Virus record (IMG/VR): IMGVR_UViG_3300031087_000234
Span: 56,974-76,973 of that record
Direction: 5' to 3' (one strand)
Source: an uncultured virus (IMG/VR IMGVR_UViG_3300031087_000234)
Lineage: Duplodnaviria; Heunggongvirae; Uroviricota; Caudoviricetes
Length of the DNA stretch: 20,000 nucleotides
In this document: piece by piece, positions 1-8,945 of the stretch
How the letters are laid out: each line of letters starts with the position of its first letter
How positions within the stretch are numbered: position 1 is the first letter of the stretch
Notes under the pieces: generated by a model
Seen by the model: only the letters and a program-made list of their open reading frames with translations
What the model was told of the DNA's origin: nothing
Databases searched by the model: none
Position numbers and translations under genes: made by a program

Positions 1-2
1 AT

Positions 3-296
3 GCGGTATATATCGCAAGAGGACAGCCCCACTTGGGGCTTCCTCACTCCAAGTTTGCAAATCCCTTTAAGATCACAGATACTGATACAAGAGAGATTGT
101 TGTTGAGAAGTATAAAAAGTGGTTGTGGGAACAGATAAGGTCTGGTAAGATTACCTTAGAAGACTTACTTGAGTTGGAAAATAAAGACGTTGTTTGCTTT
201 TGTGCTCCCGCCCCTTGTCACGGAGACGTTGTTGTGGCAGCGGTTAAATGGGCAAGACAGAAGTATGATAGCATTCACGGTCATTGGGATTGGTAA
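3..296 (+). CDS. DUF4326-family protein, 5' truncated by the window edge
   Basis: Frame 3 is open from position 3 (AVYIARGQPHLGLPHSKFANPF). It matches the DUF4326 pattern VYIGR..S.(W/F)GNPF and has C-terminal VCFCAPAPCHGDVV (family C.C.P..CHGD). The TTG at 33 is not the true start. Confidence 0.8.
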   Translation, partial: AVYIARGQPHLGLPHSKFANPFKITDTDTREIVVEKYKKWLWEQIRSGKITLEDLLELENKDVVCFCAPAPCHGDVVVAAVKWARQKYDSIHGHWDW

Positions 297-305
297 GGAG
301 AAAAT

Positions 306-665
306 ATGAGTGAAGTAACGATTTTTGATAGCCTGATTGGTACAGTTTTAACCAAGGCTTATGTTTCAGATACAGATGAAAATGAAGCCCTCCTATTAGA
401 GCGCGAGATCGGCGGTACAGTTCGTTTTATGCACCATCAGTCTTGTTGCGAAAGTGTGTATATTGAGGATATTGAAGGAGATCTTGAAGATCTGGTTGGC
501 TCTCCTATCCTTCAAGCTGAGGAAGTTACCGAGGACAATGAAGAAGCTGAATGCGGTATGTGGACTTTCTACAAGTTTGCAACTGCTAAAGGTCGTGTGA
601 CTATTCGTTTCTACGGCTCCAGTAATGGATACTACTCAGTCGGTGTATCGGTAGGTATCATCTGA
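306..665 (+). CDS. Conserved phage hypothetical protein (HxQxCCESV / SNGYYS type)
   Basis: SD TAAGGAG upstream; acidic 119 aa protein with HHQSCCESVYIEDIEGDLEDLVG and GSSNGYYS motifs that I recall from other phage hypotheticals. Confidence 0.75.
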   Translation: MSEVTIFDSLIGTVLTKAYVSDTDENEALLLEREIGGTVRFMHHQSCCESVYIEDIEGDLEDLVGSPILQAEEVTEDNEEAECGMWTFYKFATAKGRVTIRFYGSSNGYYSVGVSVGII

Positions 666-784
666 TGACTAAACAAGAATTGGTATTAGCTAAGGCTTAT
701 ATTAAGATTCTGAACAAGTCTAAGGCCGCAAATGACAACGAGGGTGGCGATTATCAACGCGCCGCTACTCGTCGCTGGTGTTAA
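665..784 (+). CDS. Small hypothetical protein (39 aa, MTKQELVLAKAYIKILNK...RRWC), absent from the ORF track
   Basis: ATG overlaps the upstream stop (TGATG) and the ORF fills the gap to the next gene. Translated by hand. Confidence 0.6.
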   Translation: MTKQELVLAKAYIKILNKSKAANDNEGGDYQRAATRRWC

Positions 785-803
785 TTTAGAGTAAGGGGAA
801 AGT

Positions 804-1130
804 ATGAAATATTTATCTGAATCAGTTTTATCTAAAATGGATGTTAAACGCCTTGGCGCATTACGTCGATCTGTTCTTGCACATATTAACCGTTGCGAGA
901 AAGATGGTGTGTGGTGTTGTGAGAACAAGTGCCAGTGGGTAGAGGATAAATACCATACTTATCCCAACAAGAACGCTGATTATGCGTATCGGGATCTGGT
1001 CAACAAGTATTATGATGCTCAAGTTGATTCTCTGGTTGCTCTTGTAGAACTGTCTAAGGAAGATATCCGGCAAGGTCGTAGTATGCCTGCCTCTGAAGCC
1101 TTAGCACGTATGAGGGCTAGACGAGGCTAA
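804..1130 (+). CDS. Hypothetical protein with Cys cluster and antitoxin-like C-terminal helix
   Basis: SD TAAGGGG upstream; C..WCCENKC cluster; C-terminus LVELSKEDIRQGRSMPASEALARMRARRG. Confidence 0.7.
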   Translation: MKYLSESVLSKMDVKRLGALRRSVLAHINRCEKDGVWCCENKCQWVEDKYHTYPNKNADYAYRDLVNKYYDAQVDSLVALVELSKEDIRQGRSMPASEALARMRARRG

Positions 1131-1157
1131 GCATTTTCTTAATACGATAATCAGCCA

Positions 1158-1186
1158 TTGACTAAATCCTATGATTGGGGTATAAT
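1158..1186 (+). promoter_or_regulatory. sigma70-type promoter for the AmsF-like gene
   Basis: TTGACT (1158-1163), 17 bp spacer, TATAAT (1181-1186). Confidence 0.85.
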
Positions 1187-1235
1187 GAAGGAATACCCCT
1201 TTAATGGGATCTTACCTTATATAAGGAATATCTTA

Positions 1236-3050
1236 ATGGTAATTTTCGGACAACCCTATGGTAGTGGTGGAGGCGGCACTGTAACCCCGCCAGACGTTAG
1301 CGATCAAATTGCTGCGTACATTGCTGCACATCCTTTTTATCGTACATTCAAGTCTTGGGCAGAACTTAAAGCTGCTAAACCAACGGCTACGGGTGAACGA
1401 GTCTTTCTTTCTTCTTATAATGCAGTATCTGACGGTAGTTTCCACGGTAGCGGTTGGTTTACTGGTAACTTAGCTGGTAAGATTGCAGATGATGGTGGTG
1501 TTCACGCTGCCGATAGCGGTAAAACTTATTTCTGGCTACGTGAGAAAGAATATGACAAATTAGACGTTACCGACTTCGGTGCTATGCCGGGTGGAACTGT
1601 TGATGCTCAACCTGCTATCCAGCGAATGAATACCTTTGCAAATACATACCTGTCTACCCTCGGAATCCGTTTCCCTGCTGGTAGCTTCCTTGTATCTGGA
1701 TGGGATTACTCTGCGACATATGTATCTAAGTTCAAAATGGCTGGCCCAGATGTAGAACTAGGTTATATGGCACTAACAACTCTGATCCTTGATGGTAGCG
1801 CAGACTACGCATTTAAAGTTCAGGCTCGTTACACAGAGATTACTGGTATCTTGGTATATGGACAGTACGATAAGAAAGTCAACACAATGGGCTTCTTCCG
1901 TAACATCTGTTCTGCTGGTCAGTACGCTCGTATCAAGTGTGTTCGCTTCTCCTATATGGGTGGTAAGAGCCTTAGCTTGATCGATACACTAGACACGAAG
2001 ATTGATCAGTTCTACAGTAGCAATACGTATGATAGCGTCCTGGACGTGACTTACGACAATGCCACAGTAGGAAGCTGGGATCACTCGACGGCACTAGAAC
2101 TGAGCAACTTCAACCTGCAACACGGTTTTGGTACAAACGCTTCGATCTATGCGCCTCGTGCTACTCAGTGTTTCATCTACAACGGATGGATCGAGCACAC
2201 CGAACACGCCGGAGACCTTTCTAACGGACAGTGGTTGATTGACGGACTCGACCTTGAGAACATTGATACTCCATTTGACCTGACTTACTGCCGTGCATCA
2301 ATGCGTGGTATCAACCTAATCAACGCCAGTTTCAACAGAACTAACACAACTGTTAGTCAGTGGGCTTCTGGATATGACCAAGGAAACCGTCAGGACGAGG
2401 CTTTTGGTAGCGTTATCAACGGTACAATGAAAGCTAAATGGTATACTGGTGCTCTACGTGGAACTAACAATGCCAATGCAAACATTTGGTTGAACCTTGG
2501 TAGCTTCTATACACCGAACAACGGTGGTATCTGGGAGATTGAAATCATCTCTCGTCTGAGCTACAACTCAGTAGGTAGCGCAAACTATCCAGTACAATCA
2601 GACAGATCTCCTGGTAAGACTATTATCAACATCCAACGTGGTGCGGGTAACATTCCTATCGTGACTATGTATCACTTCGGTGCTACAGGTGTTACTGCGG
2701 CTCAATACGCAAACCAGCAGTATAACGAAACACTACCTGCTCTCTGGGTACAGTTTGGGCCTTATACTGGTGAATACGTCATTAACGTTAAGAGCACGTC
2801 TCCTACACGTTTTGATCAAGGTCAGTGTGCGCTGTTCACTGTAAGTGGTGCTACACAGTCTGCTTCTCCTGGTTTAAACGCTGTCGTTCCGCGTATGTCT
2901 TTACATAACGGTAGCGCTGGTGTAGGTGCTCAGGGCAACTTACTGGCGGTTAGTACTGCAACAGGTACACCAACAACCCCAGGCACAGCTTCAACACATA
3001 TGCAGGTAGTTGTGAACGGTACTCCGTACTTTGTTCCTCTGTTCCTGTAA
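1236..3050 (+). CDS. AmsF/WceF-like tailspike-fold (beta-helix) exopolysaccharide-modifying enzyme / putative depolymerase
   Basis: ATG 1236 follows SD TAAGGA. It has a pectate-lyase-3-like start (VTDFGAMPGGTVDAQPAIQ...IRFPAGSF) and blocks DTLDTKIDQFY, WDHSTALELSNFN and PRATQCFIYNGWIEH, which I recall from Erwinia AmsF / Pantoea WceF. Confidence 0.75.
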   Translation: MVIFGQPYGSGGGGTVTPPDVSDQIAAYIAAHPFYRTFKSWAELKAAKPTATGERVFLSSYNAVSDGSFHGSGWFTGNLAGKIADDGGVHAADSGKTYFWLREKEYDKLDVTDFGAMPGGTVDAQPAIQRMNTFANTYLSTLGIRFPAGSFLVSGWDYSATYVSKFKMAGPDVELGYMALTTLILDGSADYAFKVQARYTEITGILVYGQYDKKVNTMGFFRNICSAGQYARIKCVRFSYMGGKSLSLIDTLDTKIDQFYSSNTYDSVLDVTYDNATVGSWDHSTALELSNFNLQHGFGTNASIYAPRATQCFIYNGWIEHTEHAGDLSNGQWLIDGLDLENIDTPFDLTYCRASMRGINLINASFNRTNTTVSQWASGYDQGNRQDEAFGSVINGTMKAKWYTGALRGTNNANANIWLNLGSFYTPNNGGIWEIEIISRLSYNSVGSANYPVQSDRSPGKTIINIQRGAGNIPIVTMYHFGATGVTAAQYANQQYNETLPALWVQFGPYTGEYVINVKSTSPTRFDQGQCALFTVSGATQSASPGLNAVVPRMSLHNGSAGVGAQGNLLAVSTATGTPTTPGTASTHMQVVVNGTPYFVPLFL

Positions 3051-3057
3051 TTGATAT

Positions 3058-3089
3058 AATCCCCTTCTCTTCGGAGTTGGGGATTTTTT
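3058..3089 (+). terminator. Rho-independent terminator
   Basis: AATCCCC-TT-CTC-TTCG-GAG-TT-GGGGATT followed by a T run, just after the stop at 3050. Confidence 0.85.
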
Positions 3090-3090
3090 A

Positions 3091-3119
3091 TTGACACAGC
3101 TTCCAAGCTAGTATAGTAT
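3091..3119 (+). promoter_or_regulatory. sigma70-type promoter
   Basis: TTGACA (3091-3096), 17 bp spacer, TAGTAT (3114-3119), directly after the terminator. Confidence 0.7.
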
Positions 3120-3145
3120 GACCACAAATATTGACAGGAGGAAAA

Positions 3146-4159
3146 ATGAAAACAATCGCTAAGGTTTTATTCGGAAGTAAACTTTATGGCACAGATACAC
3201 CAGAATCAGATACGGATTATAAAGAGATCTTTGTTCCAGACGCAGAGAGCATCCTGCTAGGAACAGTAAAGAATCATATGAGTTACAACACAAGTAGCGA
3301 CGATGTGAAAAATACGGCTGAGGACGTGGATTACGAAAGTTTCAGTCTGCGTTACTTCATTAACTTAGGCATCGAAGGCGAAACCTTAGCTCTTGATATG
3401 ATCCACGCACCAGCTAACCGAGTGGTACACTCAGATCTTCCGGCAGTATGGGCAGAACTCCAAGCTAACCGTTCGCACTTCTATTCTACGGATATGAAAT
3501 CCTACCTAGGTTATGTGCGTAAGCAAGCTGGTAAGTATGGCGTTAAAGGTAGTCGTATGGCTTGTCTTCGTCAGGTTATGGAGGCATTAGCAGCAGCGCC
3601 TTCTCATTCACCAGACCCTAAACACGAGGGTAAGCGCCTGCGTAAAACCCGTGTTGGTGATATTGCACATACACTACCTCTGAACGAATTCTGTGAGTGG
3701 ACTGTTGATGAAAACCAACGTTCAGGCTTCCAGGATTTCTATGTTGTCTTGGCACGTAAGTTCCAGACCAGTGTATCTGTGGAAGAAATGCAGAACTCTT
3801 TACAGAAGACGTGGGACGACTACGGACACAGGGCGCGTCAGGCAGAACTGAATGAAGGTATCGACTTCAAAGCACTCAGTCACGCTCTGCGCGGTGGTTT
3901 GCAGTTGAAAGAGATTTACTCGACGGGTGATCTGGTGTATCCTCTTAAGGATCGAGAGTACCTGATCAAAGTTAAAGCCGGAGAGATCCCCTTCAAAGAG
4001 ATTCAGGTTGCTCTTGAGGATATTGTTAGTGAAGTAGAAAAGCTATCAGTGCAAGCCAAAAAGAATGGTATGCAGGAAAAGGCTGATCCTACTTTCTGGG
4101 ACAAGTTCATCCGTGAAGTGTATTTGGACGAGATTCTCAGTGTGTACGGCCCAAAATAA
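3146..4159 (+). CDS. Pol-beta superfamily nucleotidyltransferase (T4 NrdC.11 / RlaP-like)
   Basis: SD AGGAGG before ATG 3146; N-terminal FGSKLYGTDTPESDTDYKEIF (GS...DxD); C-terminal KALSHALR and YLIKVKAGE. Confidence 0.85.
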   Translation: MKTIAKVLFGSKLYGTDTPESDTDYKEIFVPDAESILLGTVKNHMSYNTSSDDVKNTAEDVDYESFSLRYFINLGIEGETLALDMIHAPANRVVHSDLPAVWAELQANRSHFYSTDMKSYLGYVRKQAGKYGVKGSRMACLRQVMEALAAAPSHSPDPKHEGKRLRKTRVGDIAHTLPLNEFCEWTVDENQRSGFQDFYVVLARKFQTSVSVEEMQNSLQKTWDDYGHRARQAELNEGIDFKALSHALRGGLQLKEIYSTGDLVYPLKDREYLIKVKAGEIPFKEIQVALEDIVSEVEKLSVQAKKNGMQEKADPTFWDKFIREVYLDEILSVYGPK

Positions 4160-4184
4160 AGGTTGCATCTGGTAATCATACTAT

Positions 4185-4215
4185 GATAACATCAGCTTTC
4201 TGGTGTTATCTTTTT
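4185..4215 (+). terminator. Rho-independent terminator
   Basis: GATAACATCAG-CTTT-CTGGTGTTATC stem (one G-U pair) followed by TTTTT. Confidence 0.7.
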
Positions 4216-4232
4216 AGAGTAATGGAGGAACA

Positions 4233-5810
4233 ATGGAATTTACACCTACGGCACAACAAGTAGCTTGCTTGGAGTCCTTTAAGTTAAACCGATTCACAAC
4301 AATTCAAGCCCGCGCCGGTACAGGTAAGACTTCTACGCTTAAACTGCTGGCTAGTACTACTTCGGATAGCATTCTGTATTTGGCTTTTAATAAAACAATG
4401 GCAGAAGAAGCTAAGAAGAAAATGCCGTATAACGTCCAGTGTCGTACACTCCACTCTGTGTGCTACCAAGAACTTCCAGCGTCTATGCGTCATAAACTTA
4501 CTCGTCCAGAGGGCAAGTATGTTAACGTTGCAGGTACAGGCAGCGAGATTGCTAAGTACTTCAAGATCAAACCTTGGGCTGATAAACGTGGCAAAGTATT
4601 AATCACAGAAGCTATGCTTGGACTGCTGGTAAAACAGACCCTGGCTAAGTATGAGTTCTCTGATGCAGAACATATCACCCGAGATCATTTCCCTGGCACA
4701 TTAGTTGAAGATTTTAAGAAGAAGGGTGTAAACATCCCTCAACTGGTCACAGACACAATCCGTTATGCTAAACAGCTATGGCGTGAGCGTACTGATACTA
4801 AGTCTCCGGTTATGATGACTCACGATACATACGTGAAACTCTATCAGCTTTCTGGTAAAGACCTGGGTTACGACATTATCTTTGGTGATGAGTTCCAGGA
4901 TGTTAACTCAGCCTTCTTGTCCATTCTGAAAAATGCCGTAAGTGCTAAACGTATCGTGGTAGTTGGTGACGAATACCAGAGTATCTATCAGTTCCGAGGA
5001 AGCGTGAATATGATGACGGAGACTGCTACAATGGGCGCTGAGCTTCACTTATCTGCCTCCTTCCGCTTCGGGCCTAAGGTAGGTAAACTAGCAGAGGACG
5101 TATTAAAAGTTACTGCACAGGGTGACGTAGAAGTCGAAGGTCGTGGTTTTGATACCGAAGTAGGTAGTGGACATAGCTCTTTTGTGGATACAAATAAGCC
5201 ATACACTATTATCTTCCGCAAGAATATGACAATGCTCTTAGCAGCGATGGATTTGATTGCAGATGGTATTGAAATTAATATGCACGTTGATACCCGAGAC
5301 TTTGTTTCTATGGTAGATAGTGTAAATGCCCTTCGCCGTGGTGAAACAAACAAGGTTAAGCACGAAAGCATCCTACCATATGCAAGCTGGGAAGAATTTG
5401 TTGAGGGTGCAGAGTCAGACCCTGACGCTAAGCGGCTGCTAAACATCATCGTTTCCGGTAAAGCAGGTATGATTGCACAGACTTTGCGTAACTATCGTCC
5501 GTCCAAGAATGCTAAAGTGACCCTGGTAACAGGTCATAAGTGCAAAGGACTGGAGTTTGACCAAGTTATTCTCGGCGCAGACTTCCCTTCTAACTACAAC
5601 AAAGAAGGTCAGTGGGTAGGTTTAGAAGACGCAGAGCGTAATTTACTGTATGTAGCTGTTACTCGTGCCATTAAAGTGCTACAGTGGAACGAAACAGTCC
5701 AAGAAATCCTCGATATGCAACGCGAAGTGATGCGTGAGGATACAAACGCAGAGTTTAACCACTTGATCAAGAATCAAGTTAACTCATTAATGAATGATGT
5801 GGAGGTATAA
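4233..5810 (+). CDS. Superfamily 1 (UvrD/Rep-like) helicase
   Basis: Q motif (TAQQ), Walker A ARAGTGKT, YLAFNK, DEFQD, VGDEYQSIYQFRG, SFRFG, TGHKCKGLEFD, ERNLLYVAVTRA. Confidence 0.92.
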   Translation: MEFTPTAQQVACLESFKLNRFTTIQARAGTGKTSTLKLLASTTSDSILYLAFNKTMAEEAKKKMPYNVQCRTLHSVCYQELPASMRHKLTRPEGKYVNVAGTGSEIAKYFKIKPWADKRGKVLITEAMLGLLVKQTLAKYEFSDAEHITRDHFPGTLVEDFKKKGVNIPQLVTDTIRYAKQLWRERTDTKSPVMMTHDTYVKLYQLSGKDLGYDIIFGDEFQDVNSAFLSILKNAVSAKRIVVVGDEYQSIYQFRGSVNMMTETATMGAELHLSASFRFGPKVGKLAEDVLKVTAQGDVEVEGRGFDTEVGSGHSSFVDTNKPYTIIFRKNMTMLLAAMDLIADGIEINMHVDTRDFVSMVDSVNALRRGETNKVKHESILPYASWEEFVEGAESDPDAKRLLNIIVSGKAGMIAQTLRNYRPSKNAKVTLVTGHKCKGLEFDQVILGADFPSNYNKEGQWVGLEDAERNLLYVAVTRAIKVLQWNETVQEILDMQREVMREDTNAEFNHLIKNQVNSLMNDVEV

Positions 5811-6068
5811 TTGTACATTTCAACAGGTAAATATGAAGTCCGAGAGATTTATCTTCCTGCTGTAGCCTTTCAATTGCTTGTAAAGGCAGCAAGTGAGAAC
5901 ATTCAATGGACTGCATCACAGACGCAGGAACCTGAACCCGAACATTTGAAGGGTAAACGCACCCTTACCCTGTATGGTGTAAGGTATATTGAGGAGGTGG
6001 TGGCACCTTCTATGTTCGATAAATATACTGGCAGACCTAATATGGTTTATCCAGTAGGAGCACGATAA
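5811..6068 (+). CDS. Hypothetical protein
   Basis: TTG start with SD GGAGG at about 5801-5805; abuts both neighbours. Confidence 0.65.
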   Translation: MYISTGKYEVREIYLPAVAFQLLVKAASENIQWTASQTQEPEPEHLKGKRTLTLYGVRYIEEVVAPSMFDKYTGRPNMVYPVGAR

Positions 6069-6229
6069 TGGATAAGAGCGCACTTATTGCTTGGGCAGAG
6101 AAAGAACTTCACGATCCCCACACCCAAGAAGCTATTCAGAAAGCTGTTAACTGGTTATCTGAGAAAGGCTTCACTTGGGCAGAACACGAGGTTGAAAAGA
6201 TCCTCGCTTCATTGAAAAAGAAAGATTGA
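6068..6229 (+). CDS. Small helical protein (53 aa, MDKSALIAWAEKELHDPHTQ...KKKD), absent from the ORF track
   Basis: TAATG overlap with the upstream stop; SD AGGAG about 8 nt upstream. Translated by hand. Confidence 0.75.
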   Translation: MDKSALIAWAEKELHDPHTQEAIQKAVNWLSEKGFTWAEHEVEKILASLKKKD

Positions 6230-6254
6230 CGTTATCTAAGGAGTGTCGTAAGAT
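6226..6254 (+). promoter_or_regulatory. sigma70-type promoter with hairpin over the -10 box
   Basis: TTGACG (6226-6231), 17 bp spacer, TAAGAT (6249-6254); inverted repeat at 6239-6260. Confidence 0.7.
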
Positions 6255-6279
6255 GCTCCTAACTTAACGAGGAGGGACT

Positions 6280-6732
6280 ATGAGCTATATTGGAAAATGC
6301 TATACGGTTTTAAACGACGATGAAGAAACTATTGCACAATGGCCTGAGATTAAGACAGGCTTTGCGTTTCAGATCCTAAAGGTAGAAAATCGTGATGGCC
6401 TATATCCAGGCGTGACTCGCCTCCGCTGCCTGTCAACGGATAAGATTTTTGACGTTGAATATCCTCTTCACGATGGCGGCGAATCTTGGTTCTGGTGTCT
6501 CGTTGCATTAGATGAAGCAGGAGAACTATCGCTTAAGCCCCTGAAAGAGCGACCATTAAAAGAGGAACCTCTGGGGAAAGTCCATATGGGACACTTCCAA
6601 GGGCGGGAAGTAGATATTGCTTATGCATTGTCTGCATTAGCCGCTCAGGAAGGCTGTGACGGGGAAGAATATGACCTGATGGAAAAAGCATCCCGCTATA
6701 TTCGTTATCTGGAAACACAAATTAACGCTTGA
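6280..6732 (+). CDS. Hypothetical protein
   Basis: SD GAGGAGGG; 150 aa ORF; no family recognised. Confidence 0.75.
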   Translation: MSYIGKCYTVLNDDEETIAQWPEIKTGFAFQILKVENRDGLYPGVTRLRCLSTDKIFDVEYPLHDGGESWFWCLVALDEAGELSLKPLKERPLKEEPLGKVHMGHFQGREVDIAYALSALAAQEGCDGEEYDLMEKASRYIRYLETQINA

Positions 6733-6757
6733 CTTGTTAAACCATAACAGGCAAGAT
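6729..6757 (+). promoter_or_regulatory. Possible sigma70-type promoter
   Basis: TTGACT (6729-6734), 17 bp spacer, CAAGAT (6752-6757). The -10 is weak but similar to TAAGAT at other sites. Confidence 0.45.
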
Positions 6758-6781
6758 TAACAAAAATAAAGAGGAGATCAT

Positions 6782-7219
6782 ATGAAAGACACAGTAAGCA
6801 TTATCAAAGCAGATCGTATTTGTGCGCGTTTTGACAAAGACCACGCACGTTTCGCAACACTGACAAACCTGTTAGGTGCATTTGACCTGGCTAAGTCCAA
6901 TAAAGCAAACCTGGCTAAGACGGATAACGATATTCTTCTGCCCGTCCTCAAGGCTGCTCTAAGCGATGCTAAGGGTGCAGCAGAAACCTACCGTAAACTT
7001 GATGACGCTAAGCGCCGAGAGGCATCAGAACGCGATGTGCGCATTCTGGAAGGCTATATGCCGGAACAGTTAACAGAAGAAGATCTCGTGGAGATGATTG
7101 CTGAGTTTAAGGCAGAAGGTAAAAAGATGCCTGACTTTATGAAACATCTTCGTGAAAACTATGTCGGTGCTTTCGATGGTAAACTTGCTTCATCTCTGGC
7201 TACAGCTTCCCTCAAATAA
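6782..7219 (+). CDS. YqeY/GatB-C-like protein
   Basis: Helical 145 aa protein with the YqeY hallmark E(R)DVRILEGYMPEQLTEEDL and C-terminal FDGKLAS. Confidence 0.8.
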   Translation: MKDTVSIIKADRICARFDKDHARFATLTNLLGAFDLAKSNKANLAKTDNDILLPVLKAALSDAKGAAETYRKLDDAKRREASERDVRILEGYMPEQLTEEDLVEMIAEFKAEGKKMPDFMKHLRENYVGAFDGKLASSLATASLK

Positions 7220-7229
7220 GGAGAGAAAT

Positions 7230-8087
7230 ATGAAATTCTTAAAATGTACTGCTACCGGTTCACCATCTTCTTTTATCGAAGGTAGAATATATCGTGTATT
7301 AGGTGCAGGTCAGTTTAACATCCGCCTCAACTGTAACACGTACCTGGTAGCCTCAGAGATTGGACATAATATTGAAGTTCCATTGAACGGAATTGTTTGG
7401 CAATTTGTTATGCTGGAGATCGACATTGAACAAATGTTCTTCAACTACAAAGAGAATAAAAGTGTTGTGGCCCCGCTGATCCAAGCAGGTATTATTGCTG
7501 GCTACAAATCTTGGGAAAGTGCTCAAGAGTATACTGCTCTTATTAACCCTTCACTGGAACACAAACACGCAATATTCTTTGATGAGCGTGAAGGTATGAA
7601 CGGTGTGGATAGTGGTAATGTCCAGATGCATAAACCAAATACCGATCTTTTTGAAGTGTCTGGTGCGGATTTCTTGGCTGCATTCTTGGATAAAGTAGGC
7701 GTAGATCAAGATCCAATCGCATCTGTAGCAAAAGAAGAGAAACCACGAGTTCCTCGTGTTCGTCGGAAACGTAAGGCACCTCCTAAGAAAACCACTACAT
7801 CGGCTACGCTGCGCTACAAGAATGGTGACTCTTTCACCTTCCGTAGTGTTAAGAATGTATCTCTAGTGGATGGTATTTTCTCTATCATCACAGAGAAGAA
7901 AGTCGAAAAAGGTATCTCTCAGCGAGTACTGAATAAGATCGATGCTAAGCTGGTACGCAGTGTTATGCTAGAATCTCCGAAAGGAGTTGAAGAAGTGTAT
8001 CAGGATTATTTCCTGGATGGTCAGTGGATGGTGTATGCCCAAGACCGCACCATTATGAACAGTAAGATGTTCGAACTACGTTTCTAA
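7230..8087 (+). CDS. Hypothetical modular protein (paralogue family member A)
   Basis: SD TAAGGAG before ATG 7230. N-terminal FIEGRIYRV, basic linker RVPRVRRKRKAPPKK, C-terminal beta-rich domain. Confidence 0.8.
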   Translation: MKFLKCTATGSPSSFIEGRIYRVLGAGQFNIRLNCNTYLVASEIGHNIEVPLNGIVWQFVMLEIDIEQMFFNYKENKSVVAPLIQAGIIAGYKSWESAQEYTALINPSLEHKHAIFFDEREGMNGVDSGNVQMHKPNTDLFEVSGADFLAAFLDKVGVDQDPIASVAKEEKPRVPRVRRKRKAPPKKTTTSATLRYKNGDSFTFRSVKNVSLVDGIFSIITEKKVEKGISQRVLNKIDAKLVRSVMLESPKGVEEVYQDYFLDGQWMVYAQDRTIMNSKMFELRF

Positions 8088-8093
8088 TACAAT

Positions 8094-8113
8094 AAGGGGC
8101 TTCGGCCCCTTTT
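8094..8113 (+). terminator. Rho-independent terminator
   Basis: AAGGGGC-TTCG-GCCCCTT-TT. Confidence 0.85.
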
Positions 8114-8122
8114 GAGGGAGTA

Positions 8123-8395
8123 ATGCACGAACAATATTTGCGATGGATGCACCAAGATATAGGTTGCATCATACGTATGGTTGGCAGTAACTATAAGCAG
8201 TTGCTGGAGAATCCAGACTTTAAGCACGAAGAATTCCTCTTAACGGGAGGATTTCAGATGTTGGCGGTTTATAAGATGCTGTTGGATAGTTGTAAAAATA
8301 CCGGATCTGATATTGACATTGATACTCACTTAGGGTATTATTTCGAGATTGAAGATATCTATAAAAAACGATGGGAGATAAAAGATGAAAAATGA
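8123..8395 (+). CDS. Hypothetical protein
   Basis: SD GAGGGAG; 90 aa ORF. Confidence 0.7.
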   Translation: MHEQYLRWMHQDIGCIIRMVGSNYKQLLENPDFKHEEFLLTGGFQMLAVYKMLLDSCKNTGSDIDIDTHLGYYFEIEDIYKKRWEIKDEK

Positions 8396-8945
8396 TATGC
8401 GTGGTAAGAATGTAGTGGCTGTTATGGTTAGTGGTATGGAGCAGTGGCTGACCGAAGGTAAGTCGTACACTATCGTTGAACAGTGTGATAGCCTGTTTTA
8501 CGTAATGACTGATGAGGGTTATGTGGGTGGGGCTAAGAGGGATCGCTTTATCCTAGACACCTCTACAACACCAGAAGGTAAGCACATCCCTACCTTTGCC
8601 CGTGCGCACTATGCTAAGAAAACTAAAAATGTTCGTCGTCCTAAGCAGAAGCCACCTGTCCGTAAAAAGACTGATATCTTGATTACCTACGAGAACGGCG
8701 CTCAGTACGAACTGACGAACGTTGCTTCCGTAGCTGTCATAGGTATGGACACAGTGTTTATCTCTCAGCCTGTGGCTTCTGGCGAAGGATTTGAGACCGT
8801 TAAGACTACCAAACTGGAAGGTGTGATTCATCTGGAATTGGTTACTCCTAATGACCGTATCCATATCCAAAATCAGGAAAAGCATTGGGAAGTCAAAACC
8901 AATAAAACTTCTGTATCTGCAACTAAGTACATCTGGGAGGCTTAA
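8385..8945 (+). CDS. Hypothetical modular protein (paralogue family member B)
   Basis: N-terminal SH3-like pattern LTEGKSYTIV...VMTDEG...RF, basic linker KKTKNVRRPKQKPPVRKK, C-terminal beta-rich domain. Confidence 0.8.
   Translation: MKNDMRGKNVVAVMVSGMEQWLTEGKSYTIVEQCDSLFYVMTDEGYVGGAKRDRFILDTSTTPEGKHIPTFARAHYAKKTKNVRRPKQKPPVRKKTDILITYENGAQYELTNVASVAVIGMDTVFISQPVASGEGFETVKTTKLEGVIHLELVTPNDRIHIQNQEKHWEVKTNKTSVSATKYIWEA

Noticed and set aside
1158..1235. TTG start at 1158 for the 630 aa ORF (likewise track starts at 3131, 7152, 9602, 12935, 14371, 19358)
   Set aside because: The TTG at 1158 is the -35 box of the promoter. In the other cases a downstream ATG has a better SD or gene coupling (3146, 7230, 9635, 12959, 14395, 19427).
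4163..4190. TTGCAT...TATGAT as a promoter for the helicase
   Set aside because: The spacer is only 13 bp and the region is better explained as a terminator hairpin.
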